A stretch of DNA of 64,000 bases from Eledone cirrhosa (lineage: Eukaryota), in contig OZ024746.1 of assembly GCA_964016885.1 (NCBI GenBank), positions 16,740,001 to 16,804,000 of the forward strand, in the 5' to 3' direction. Shown here piece after piece: positions 13,232-25,200 of this stretch. The position numbers were made by a program, and so were the translations under genes. The notes beneath the pieces were generated by a model. That model ran no database searches, had not been told where the DNA came from, and saw only the letters and a list, made by a program, of their open reading frames with translations. Position 1 is the stretch's first letter; every line of letters starts with the position of its first letter.

Positions 13232-16200
13232 GAGGTTATATTTAATTAAAAAATTTTATAACTGATATAAAGCACTCAACAGAGAGTGGAGTAAATATAC
13301 AATATATTAATAAATGGAAACTATATTTGTAAAACCATATTTATTTTATTATACATATGATGAAAGCGCACCATAATTTGTCTTGGTTGCCCTTGAAATA
13401 TGTATAATAAAATAATAATTTTTTTAATAAATATAGTTTCCATTTATTAATATATTGTGTATATATATATATATATATACACACACATATACATATATAA
13501 ATACACACACATATACATATATCAATAAATAGGGTCATTAGTGCATCAGATTAAATGCTTCATGGTATTTGTTCCAGTGTTCTGACTTTCTGCTCCTCTC
13601 TGAGTTCAAATCCTACCACCCATCATTGCCTTTCATCCTTTCAGAGTTGATGAATTATCAGCCGAAGGTGGTTGACTGACAAAATTGTTAGAGCATTAGA
13701 CTTAATACCTTGTGGTATCTCTTTTGGTCATTTGCATTCTGAGTTCACTTAAAATGTCACTGACACTAAGCCGTATCAATTGTTACTTTCCTCTTGGACA
13801 GCATTGATGACATGGAGAGTGGAGACATACATTCATGGGGTGATTGCAGGTCTTTCACAAAAAGCTTTCCAGATGCAGATTCAAGATCTCATGAGATATA
13901 AGGAAGCCCCTGGCAAGTTTAAACTTAATATGTGTGTGTTTATTTGTGTGCACATAAAGTGGTTGGCATTGGAAGAACATCCAATTGTAAAAACCATACC
14001 AAATCTGGAACATATGGGAGCAAAACGTTGTCCTCAGCTAGTCTAGAAACAGAGTAGCTGTAATTATATACTGATTTGGTCTGTAATATATCATTTCACC
14101 TATGCCAGCATGAGTAATGATGATGATATAGATACCCCTCACACACACACATAAATGTATGTTTATGTATGTATTTGTATTTTAGGACTCCTCAAAAGAA
14201 AGATCTATCAGTGAAAAAATACACATCAGTTGGTGATCTAAACCAGGATGTCGACCTTCAGAAAGTATTGGAAGATCAAAATAAAGACATGTATATCCAG
14301 CGTACCGGGAAGGTAATAACATTTTGAAAGTAAAATAAAACACGTTAATAACTAACTTTTTTCTTTTTATCTATCTACTTGTATTTGTAGAGTTGGAAGG
14401 TCTGTCTGTCCTAACGTGATACCATGTGATTGTAGAGATATTGTGTTGAGTTGGAAGGTCTGTCTGTCCTAATGTGACGCCATGATTTTAGGGTTTCCTT
14501 GATACCATCAGTTCATTCATTTCTAGGTCAGCTTCTGGTCTTGTCGCCAGACATCCTTGTCTTATACACATGATGGGCTCCTATAAGCCCAACTCTTGGT
14601 CCTCATCCTCAGGGGTGGAAGCAGGCAAGGGATTGCTGAGTCTGGGCAATATAATGCATGGCTTATGTCACTTAGGTACTTCAAGTCATTTTCTTTGACA
14701 TTCTAACGAGTCTGCTAGTCCATTGCTCTAATTACTGTTATGACTATTTAGGTGTATATAAGACTAACTACAATATCATTGAGATATATATGAGGTCAGT
14801 TATGTCTAAGCTATTTTAGTGAAGACTAACTACAGTACAAATGAGATATATATGAAGTTAGTTATGTCTAAGCTATTTTAGTGAAGACTAACTACAGTAC
14901 CATTGAGATATATATGAGGTTATGTCTAAGCTATTTTAGTAAAGACTACCTACAGTACAATTGAGATATATATGAAGTTAGTTATGTCCAAGCTATTTTA
15001 GTAAAGACTAACAACAGTACCATTGAGATATAAACGAGGTCAGTTATGTCCAAGCTATTTTAATAAATATTTATTCTGTAGGTATTGTCAATTCTGGAAG
15101 AAAAACACCCCCGTAAATGTGTTGGTCACCTTGGTCCAACGAATAATAAAAAAGTTCGTTTTAACCCCATTGATTCCCGAATTCCAAGATTGTCCATTCC
15201 ACTTTCGGAATGTCCTAAAGGTAATTTTTGGATTTTTCTTTTGTTTCTTTTCTTTTATATATTTCATTTTTTTTCATTTTTATCTGTGGCTATCATGGGG
15301 CACCGTAAGTGTTCCCTGGATACTTGTATCCTTAATGTAACTAGCAAGGAGATTCACCATGACAAAATTTGTGCAAAGACTGGACCTTTGAATTACAGAT
15401 ACTGTTCATTCAATGGGCTTCCATTCAGTTTCTGTCTACACAATTTCACTCAAGGCTACAGTAAAAGAAACTTTTCACAAAGATCTTACAGTCCAAGTCT
15501 GTTCTTATTTGGAGTTACTGCCTGTCTAGATGGGTCAGAGGTTCACATCTCTCATACATTCCATTTCTGGCAAGGTTTCTGTGGCTGGATGCTCTTTCTA
15601 ACATCAACCACTTCACAGGGTGCATATGGTGTATTTTACCATGTCATGTCCTTGATAGGACTAAGGGCTTCTTTCAACCCTACATGTCCCTACTTGTTCA
15701 TCAATCACAGAGTGTTCATGGTGTATTTTATCATAGCACCAGCACAAGAGATGCTGTCGTGTCCTTAACAAAACTAACAACCCTTCTCTACCTTATGTTA
15801 TCTCTGATTATCAAGCAATTTACAGAAACAGTAAAATGCAGCAGATGTATAATTATAATGAAAGTTCACAATATTTTTCCCTCTGAGAAGTCACAAATGT
15901 ATATCATCGTATATCTTCTTGAAATTCCAGGAAGTACATAAATCCTGTGTTAATCAAACTTTGTCTTAAATTTCATAAATGATAAAAATAATTAATGCCA
16001 TTAATTAGAGCTAATTAGGAATTCTAATGATATATGTTTGTTATTTTGTTTTATTAAATCTTTATAATTTTTTTTTATATTTTAGAATATTTACAACGCC
16101 CAGAAGACTTTTCTAGAGTACTCTTTGTTGCCAAAATTCTCAACCAGAGTGCCTCAGGATCCCTGACACAGGGGTAAGTGTATTTCTTTATAAAACTAAC

Positions 16201-19200
16201 TCTTACATGTATGAAGTGTTGTTTGAGAAAGTAACTCTTACATGTATGAAGTATTGTTTGAGAAAGTAACTCTTACATATGTGAAGTATTGTTTGCATTT
16301 AAAAAAGGCGTTACAATACTCATTAGTTATTTTAGTTAAATGTATTTTGTTTCCAAGATAATTATGGTTCAGAAGTTTGATTTATAATCATGAAGTTTGT
16401 GTTTAATTCCACTGCATGGGATCTTGGACAAGTATCTTTTACCATATCCTTTAATTAACCCAAGCTTTGGTAGTCAGAAACTGTTTGAAAGTCTATCAGA
16501 TGGATTATACTTGTAATTAGCATACAAAGAAGCTGAGTGTTCCCTATATGGTGGTTTTAATGGTGCCATGAGAAAAGGCATCCAGCCTACACTTAAGGTG
16601 ATAGTACCATAGTCATGATAAAATGTTCCCAGTATACACTGTAAAGTGGTTGGCATTAGGAAGAGCATCCAGCCATAGAAACCATGCCAAAATTGAAACA
16701 AATGAGTTAGACATGGTCATCTAACCAGCCTTGCCTCAGCACTTGATAGACTGTCTAACCCGTGCAGGCATGGAAAAAATACATTAAACTGATGATGATG
16801 ATAAAATATATATATATATATATATCTAGGGTGGATAAAATTCCCGAGATCCATGGACGAGTTCTCTCCAGCGGTCTCTGTCCCTCATTATCGCTGCCAT
16901 GTCCTGCGTTTCCAAGAGTCTAGTGTCTGTCCTTAGGGCATCAACATATGTTAACCTCGGTGTTCCTCTTCCAGTGTGTCCATGCAGGGGCTCCCACAGG
17001 AGCACTGAGTACAACTCTGAGTTCTTCATCCTCAGTGTATACTGATTAATGTTCAGAGCCATCCTCAGCATTCTCATGTAGCACCCATCCACCATCTGAG
17101 TGAGTTTCTTGGTCAGTGTCCAAGTCTCAGACCCATACAGCAGCACAGGCTCCACTACAGCAACGAAGAGGCAGATCTTCAGGTCTTTACGAAGGTCCGA
17201 CTTCCACACCAATATATATATATATGTATTCTTTTTTCAGGAGTCTTTTACAACGTCTTGGAGAAGCAGGGGACATTGAAACTGAGACTCAAGGAATTCT
17301 CATAGAGAATGACATTGATGACAGTGAATTTCCTGACTCGGTAAGTATAAAACACAGTTTCAGATATTTTCCAGTTTTTCTCATTTCTCTCTGTAATTTC
17401 ATTTGCTCCTATAAATATAAAAGTAAATGGTATACAGTTTAGCTGTTAGAGTGTTGGGCTCGAAATTGTAAGGTCGTGGGTTTGATACCCAGGCTGGCTG
17501 GCATGTTGTGTGTATAAAAGCATTTAAATCCAACATTCACGATTCTGCCAAATTACCAATAAAAGATATGAAATTCTCCTTGGACAGAAAACTTGCTGAT
17601 CTTCTGGGAATGGCAGCAAATATTGTCATTTTGAGTTGTGTATATTGCAGGAGGGGATGAAAGAAAATGGCAAATGAGTGCCATACCATAACTCTTTTGT
17701 CAGAATAGGCATCTTTCTTTTACTGTTTAATCAGGAAAGGAAGGACAACATCTATGATCTTTTCATTTTCTCAGGTCCTCTGAGACTACTGGGAGGAAGG
17801 GAAGAAGTTGCTCTCAAACGACAGAAACACATGCACTATATATATATATATCTATTTATCTCATATGGTAAGTATGCTTCAATACCTTTTGTGGTGTTGA
17901 GTGATTTAGTATTACAGACAACATCCAGGCATAAAAACATATGTATAAAGACCATCTCCACCACCCAAGCTAACAAAGAAAAATTAATGTGAACAGAATC
18001 AATCAGATGCCTATATTGAACTATATAAATTATTTGTGTTTAGAGACTATGTGCATCTGGTTGGAATAGATACAGTATATCCCCGTCTGTCGTAAGGAAG
18101 GGTATTGAGCTGTAAAACATGGTATCAATGGAGAAAATAGCCTTAAAACACTTGTTTTTTGTTTATAGGTGCTGTCATCTCTACCAATAGACCTTGATAG
18201 ACCGTGGACTGTGTCTAAAGAGGAATACAGTAAAAGGAGAGATTTAACCAACCAGTGTATATTTACAATAGATCCTTCTTCAGCCCGTGATTTAGATGAT
18301 GCTGTATCTTGTGAGGTACTGGAGGATCAAGGTAGATGTTCTCTAATGGTTGTCTTATATAAATACATATATACACACTTATATACACTCTCTCTCTCTT
18401 TTTAAATATATATGTATACACACTTGTATACACTCTGTCACTTTTTAAATATATATGTATATATATATACACTTGTATACACTCTCTTTTTAAATATATA
18501 TATACACACCTGTATATACTCTCTCTATTTTTAAATATATATATATATTTAGAAAGTGAACAACACAAAATATAACTACTCCACACACACATATACATAC
18601 ATATATATATATATACACTTGTATACATTCTCACTTTTTATATACACACATGTATACACTCTCTCTATTTTATATATATATATATATACATACACACACA
18701 CTTGTATACACTCACTTCTGAAACAGTGTTTCTCTCATATTGCTCCAAATTATTATATCCATATTTTGAGGCTCCTGTAGCCATCCTAGCTCTTACCCCT
18801 CCCCCCACTCCAACTTACACAGTGTTGTTATCTGTTAGCATTATAGTATTATTTAACCATTATTAAAAACTGGATGTTAATCAATTAATAACTATTTTAT
18901 GCCTTTTAATTAATTCTGTCTTTAATTAACAGGACTCTACGAGGTTGGTGTCCATATTGCTGATGTTAGTTACTTCTTAAAAGAAGCGACCAACCTTGAT
19001 AAAATTGCTGCCTCCAGAGCCACAAGTGTTTATTTAACTCAAAAGGTAAATATTGTCATCATCATCATCATCATCACCACTATTTAACATCTGCTTTTCA
19101 TACCTGCAGGGGTTAAACATGCTGAGGCTAGACTGGTCAGGTGAACATGTCTTCCTTGTATCATATGTTTAGTTGTTGGCTTGGTTTCTCTGACCAGATG

Positions 19201-22200
19201 ACCAGATGTTCTTTCTAACACCAACTACTTTACAGCATGCATTAGAAGCATTTTACCATAGCATCATCACTACCACCTTACAGGGTGGAGAGGGTACTTT
19301 TTATAATGACACCATCACTACCACCTTACAGGGTGGAGAGGGTACTTTTTATAATGACACCATCACTATCACTTTACAGGGTGGATTGGGTGCTTTTTAT
19401 CGTGGTACCAATACTACCACCTTACAGGGTACATTTTATCAGGACACCAGCACTACAACACTAGGTTATTCAGTATGAGAGGAGTGCAGGCTATATGCTA
19501 GGAGGAAGGGGTCACACAAAGTGGGGAAGAACTGCCAGTTTATGAATTAGGGATAGAAATTGCATCATTTTACATCTGGTTTCCACACAGGATTGAGTAA
19601 ATCTAGTTACCCCAGTATAACTAATGTCTCTCTCTCTTTAAATCTAGGTTACCCCTATGTTACACCAATATAACTAATGTCTCTCTCTAAATCTAGTTAC
19701 CCCTATGTTACACCAATATAACTAATGTCTCTCTCTCTTTAAATCTAGGTTACCCCTATGTTACACCAATATAACTAATGTCTCTCTCTCTCTAAATCTA
19801 GTTACCCCTATGTTACACCAATATAACTAATGTCTCTCTCTTTCTAAATCTAGGTAATTCCTATGTTACCCCAAATCCTTTGTGAGAAACTTTGCAGTTT
19901 GAACCCCAATGAACCTCGTCTCACTTTCTCTGTGATTTGGCAAATCAACAACAAAGGTGAAGTAAGTAAACATGTTCCTATCTTTCTTTTCTTTTCCTTC
20001 AACATTCCACTCCACCTCTTCTGAGATATTCATACCTGTTTTTTCTCTTGATTTAGATTGTAAATGAATGGTTTGGACGTTCTATCATCAAATCTTGTGC
20101 CAAACTCAGTTATGATCATGCTCAGGTAACTTTTTTATATATTTTATTTATCTTTTACCATAATCATCATCCTCATTTTTATGTCTACTTTTCTTTAGTA
20201 GTTAGATGAGTATTTTTTCAAGCAATGTTGTTACAGAGAGTACAGGGTAGATTTTATCATGGCACCAGCACTAGAGAGGTTGTCATGTAATTAGCAAAAC
20301 TCAATTGCCAACCTCTTTACAGAGTGTACTGGGTGCATTTTATTGTGGCACCAACACTAGAGAGGCTGCCATGTTCTTAACAGGACCAAAGGATTGTCTT
20401 GATTTGTTCAAATACTAATTATACAAATATGTACATAATATACTAATGATAAAAGATGATAATGATAATATGTATTGAAAATTTCAACTGACTTCTCACA
20501 TATTGACAATCTATATGTTTTCCTTTCAAGGGCTTTATTGATGATCCCACTCGTGAATACACCAAAGAACAACTTCCAAATATTTCAAGGTTTTCTTTAA
20601 ACGATATAAAAAGCAGAGTTTTAAATCTTCACAAGGTATAAATATTGTGGTTTTTCTTTTCTTTTGCTTTAATTTCGATATTGTAACCCTACAGAAGATC
20701 TCAATTCTATTATATCATATTAAAATCTTGTCTTGAGCTTCAAGTCTCATCAGGTCAAAGCCTAACCTGCTTTGATGAGGTGTTATGTGGTTGAGCTTTC
20801 ATTCTTTTGAGTTCAATAAAGTACCAGTCCTGTTCTGGGACTGACTTTTCTTGTTTCTTTCTCTGGAAGAAATTGGTTGTGTTTTCACCTGGAGAAGGAT
20901 GGGCTCTGCCAGGTTTAAAATACCCAAGAAATTGTGTGGCAGGACAGCAAAAACTTCATAGTACTGTTTCAGCAAAACTTTTTTCTTTTTACTTCTTGTC
21001 TCCAGATAGCATGTCTTTTGAGGAATAAACGTTTTGAAGACGGTGCTTTAAGATTGGACCAGGTGAAACTACAATGGCTCCTAAATGACGAAACATATTT
21101 ACCTATGGGTTACTTTGTTTATGAAAGGAAAGACAGCAATCAGTAAGTTAATTAGATTTAAATAATTAGTTTTATTGCATTTTGTTTTTGTTTTTTATAT
21201 CCACATTTCCATTTTGGCATACATTGGATGGAACTGGTTACCATTCCTGGAGGCAATTCAGACTAAATTCTTAAGTATGCTATTTATTCTATTCATCTTC
21301 ATTGAACCACTAAGCTGTAGGACAGACACTCTCCCTTTTACATATGTATATATTCATTTATATATGTAGTATTATCATCATTATTTTTTGCCTGCTTTTC
21401 ATGTTTGCATAGGTTAAGTAGGATGGAGAACCTCATATCATTTTTATGTTCTCATTTTGCCAGAGTTTCTATTGCTGGATGCCCTTCGTAACATCAACTT
21501 TACAGAGTATTGGTGGACTATCATGACACCAGCACTAGAGAGTTTATGTCCCCAACACTACTACATGGTCTTGTTTGGTCACTACCATTTTATATGTGTA
21601 CATATATATACTTATATGTGTATACATGTTTATATATATATATATATATACACACATGGAGATAAATGTGTCCGGGATGATGCCGGTGTACTTAGTGTCA
21701 CGAATGACCAGAAAAAGGAGGCCTGGAAATGTCATTATGAGAGACTGATGAATGTGGAGAACGAATGGGAGAGAGAGAAATTACCCTTGGTAGATCCGAC
21801 AGAGGGACCAGCTATTGAGATTGACGAATATAGGGTCCAAGAGGCGATTAGGGAAATGAAAAATGGTAAGGCGGCCGGACCATCGGGAATAGTTGCTGAG
21901 ATGCTGAAGGCATCAGGGGACGTAGGCACTAAACTGGTTGCACGCATCATCAATCAGGCTATATATGGTGGTGTCATACCCAAAGACTGGTGCAGCAGTA
22001 TTCTCATAAATTGCTACAAAGGTAAAGGGGATGCTTTGGAGAGGAGCAATTATAGGGGTATAAAACTAATAGATCAGGTTATGAAAGTGGCAGAAAGGAT
22101 TTTAGCACAACTAATTAGAGAAAGGGTCAAACTAGATGAGATGCAGTTTGGTTTTGTGCCTGGGAAGAGTACAACAGATGCCCTCTTCTTGGTGAGACAA

Positions 22201-25200
22201 ATGCAAGAGAGGTTCTTAGAGAAGAATAAGCCACTATACTTAGCCTTTGTTGACCTAGAGAAGGCCTTTGATAGGGTACCCCGATCTGTCAGCTGGTGGT
22301 CCCTAAGGAAGCTAGGTGTTGAGGAATGGCTTGTGAGGACAGTGCAAACTTTGTACAGAGGTACTCTCAGTAAAGTCAGGGTAGGAATGGAGTTTAGTGA
22401 GGAATTCCAGATACAAGTAGGAGTACATCAGGGTTCGGTCCTCAGCCCGCTCTTGTTCATTATAGTCCTCCAAGCCATAACAGAGGAGTTTAAGACTGGC
22501 TGTCCATGGGAACTTCTCTATGCTGACGATCTGGCTCTTATAGCAGAATCAGTAGAGGAGCTAGAGAATAAATTCCGGCTATGGAAACAGCAGTTGGAAA
22601 CAAGAGGACTGAGAGTAAATCTAGCTAAGACAAAAGTGTTGATGAGTAGAAAAGAAGACAAAACCCTGATTCCGTCAGGGAAATGGCCATGTTCGATATG
22701 CAGAAAAGGAACTGGCATAAATTCTATAAAATGCACACAATGCAGGTCCTGGGTACACAAGAGATGTAGCGGGATAGCAGGCAAACTAACAGGTAGGGAG
22801 AAATATGTATGCAGTAGATGTACAGGGAAATTAGACAGTAGAAGTCGCACTGATAGACACATTTTTCAAATGCGAGAGGGCGCTATAGAAGTGGTGGATA
22901 GCTTCCGGTACCTAGGAGATCAGATTAGCATGGGAGGAGGGTGTTCCGAGGCCATAGTATCTAGAATAAGGACGGGTTGGAAGAAGTTTAGGGAGCTGCT
23001 TCCTCTGTTGACGAAGAAGGGTTTCTCCCTGCGTACGAAAGGCCGGTTGTATGATGCCTGTGTGAGAAGCACAATGCTGCATGGTAGTGAGACATGGACA
23101 GCAACCGCAGAGGATATGCGACGGCTGGAGAGAAATGAGGCAAGCATGCTCCGTTGGATGTGCGTGAACGACCCAGCATAAATGTGTTGAGAGAGAAACT
23201 GTGTCTGAGAGGGATAGAATGTAGTGTATGGGAGAGGAGACTGAGGTGGTATGGACATGTTATGCGCATGGAGGATGACCGATGGGTGAAGAAGTGCCAG
23301 GAAATGCCAGTTGAAGGAAGACGTGGTAGAGGTAGACCACGAAAAACATGGGCGGAGGTGGTGAGAACAGACCTCAGATCATTGAAGCTCACGGTGGAGA
23401 TGACGAGGGACCGTGGCGAGTGGAGAGATGCTGTGCTGAATAAGACTCGTCCCACCCTTGTAAGCAGGGAAAAGCGGACGTAAAATGATGATGATAATGA
23501 TATATGCTGGGCTTCAAATATAGTTTCCACCTACCAAATTCACTCCCAATGTATTGGCCAGCGAAAGTCTGTGGTAGAAAACATTACCCAAAGTGCCACA
23601 TGGAATACTTTATTTTATATTATGGCTACTCTTTTCCTTTGTAGATTAATTGAAGAATTCATGTTGCTAGCCAATATGGCCGTTGCTCACCGCATTCATA
23701 AAAGCTTCCCAGAGAAATGTCTTCTTCGGCGCCATCCCGAACCACAAACCAGAATGATTGATAGCTTGGTAAGATTATACTCACCCTTTGGATACCACTG
23801 AAACTGGCCCCTAGATCATTCTTGTATGATAGCTGATTTAAACTTTCTTTACATCATAACTTAATGTAAGACCTTTAAGTTGGGTTCCAAACACCAGTTT
23901 AATAATGATCATTTTCAAAATTAATTGAATATGATAATGAAAGGGATAAAATCAATATTTTCATTTTTGTCTTCCTTTTTTTTTAATATTCTTAGCAATA
24001 AAGTTGAACATGTGAAGCTTTGTAGTTAGGATGTTGAACAAAATCAATTTTATAGATGTGATCAACTTTTTTAATACCTACCCACCAATGATACAAAGCT
24101 GTCTATTTTAAAGTATTTTATTTAAACCTGATCTCAAAGTTATAAGAATCTGATGTTTGAAACAGCAGCTTCATAGTGGAAAATTAGTTATTTTATTAAA
24201 TCCATCCAAATCGTTGATTATTTAAAAAAAACAGAATTGAAAATATATGGACAATGTATTTTGTTAGAAATATGGTTATTAAAATAACCCTGGCTTTTGA
24301 AAAATTAGGTCCAGTACTTTTTCTGTGTTCTAACTAAGTGTTTTCTATTTCAGAATGATTTCTGTAAAACTACAAATATTGACATGGACATCTCCAGTGC
24401 TGGTGCCATTCATGTATGTACTCATTAATTTCTTGGATTTGTCTCATAAAAATAGGGTTATTGAGTGTTGATGGGGTCATTGAGTATAGATAGAGTTCTT
24501 AACCCTTTTGGCACTACTTTGGTTTTACGATACATTTTAAAATGTTCATACCTACCGTATATAACTCGAATATATGCTGACCCTATTTTATGTCTGTGAA
24601 ATGGGCAATAATCCAAACCTTGTTTATAAGCCAAGGCAGCTAATCAACAGATTAGATGGCAGTTTTGAAATCTCATAAGTGGAGAATATATTTATGAAGT
24701 TTTAATATTGTCTTAGGTTTACCTCTGATAGATTCCTTTGACTTTCAGAGCCAAATCATATCAATTTTCAAAAATAGTTTTGTCTCATTTTAAAAAAATA
24801 ATTTCTTTGCAGAAATCTCTATTGCAATACACAGATGATGATGATGATGAGTACTCCTTAGCAAGACTTCAGGTACTCATAGCTAAGTGTTCAAAACCAA
24901 TGAAAGTAAGTTTTACTCTTTTCATTATTCAGTAACAATAAAATAAAGACCAGTAATACACTGGGGTTCATATAATCAACTTTCCTCTCTCCACAAATTG
25001 CTGGTCTTGTGTCTAAATTAGAAATCATTAATTTACCATTAAAAAAAAAAATCAATTTCATTGCGTCTAACTAGAGAAAAACTGTCAAGTAGTATGGCTT
25101 CCAGACATACTAAACATATGATCTATACCAACAGTTCCTGGAATGGGGTCTCAAAATAGTACTTAGTGCATTAACTATAAAATTTGAGATACTTTGTTTA

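Noticed and set aside
15221-15768. Remainder of the 227-aa ORF at 15085
   Set aside because: DIS3L2 homology stops at the donor at 15220; the rest is intron with SINE fragments.
21457-21656. First 66 or so aa of the 574-aa ORF
   Set aside because: Read-through of flanking SINE and (TA)n sequence (YIYIYI); LINE homology starts near 21657.
22518-23530. Minus-strand ORFs of 112-180 aa (also 55587-56136)
   Set aside because: Antisense shadows of RTE LINE sequence.
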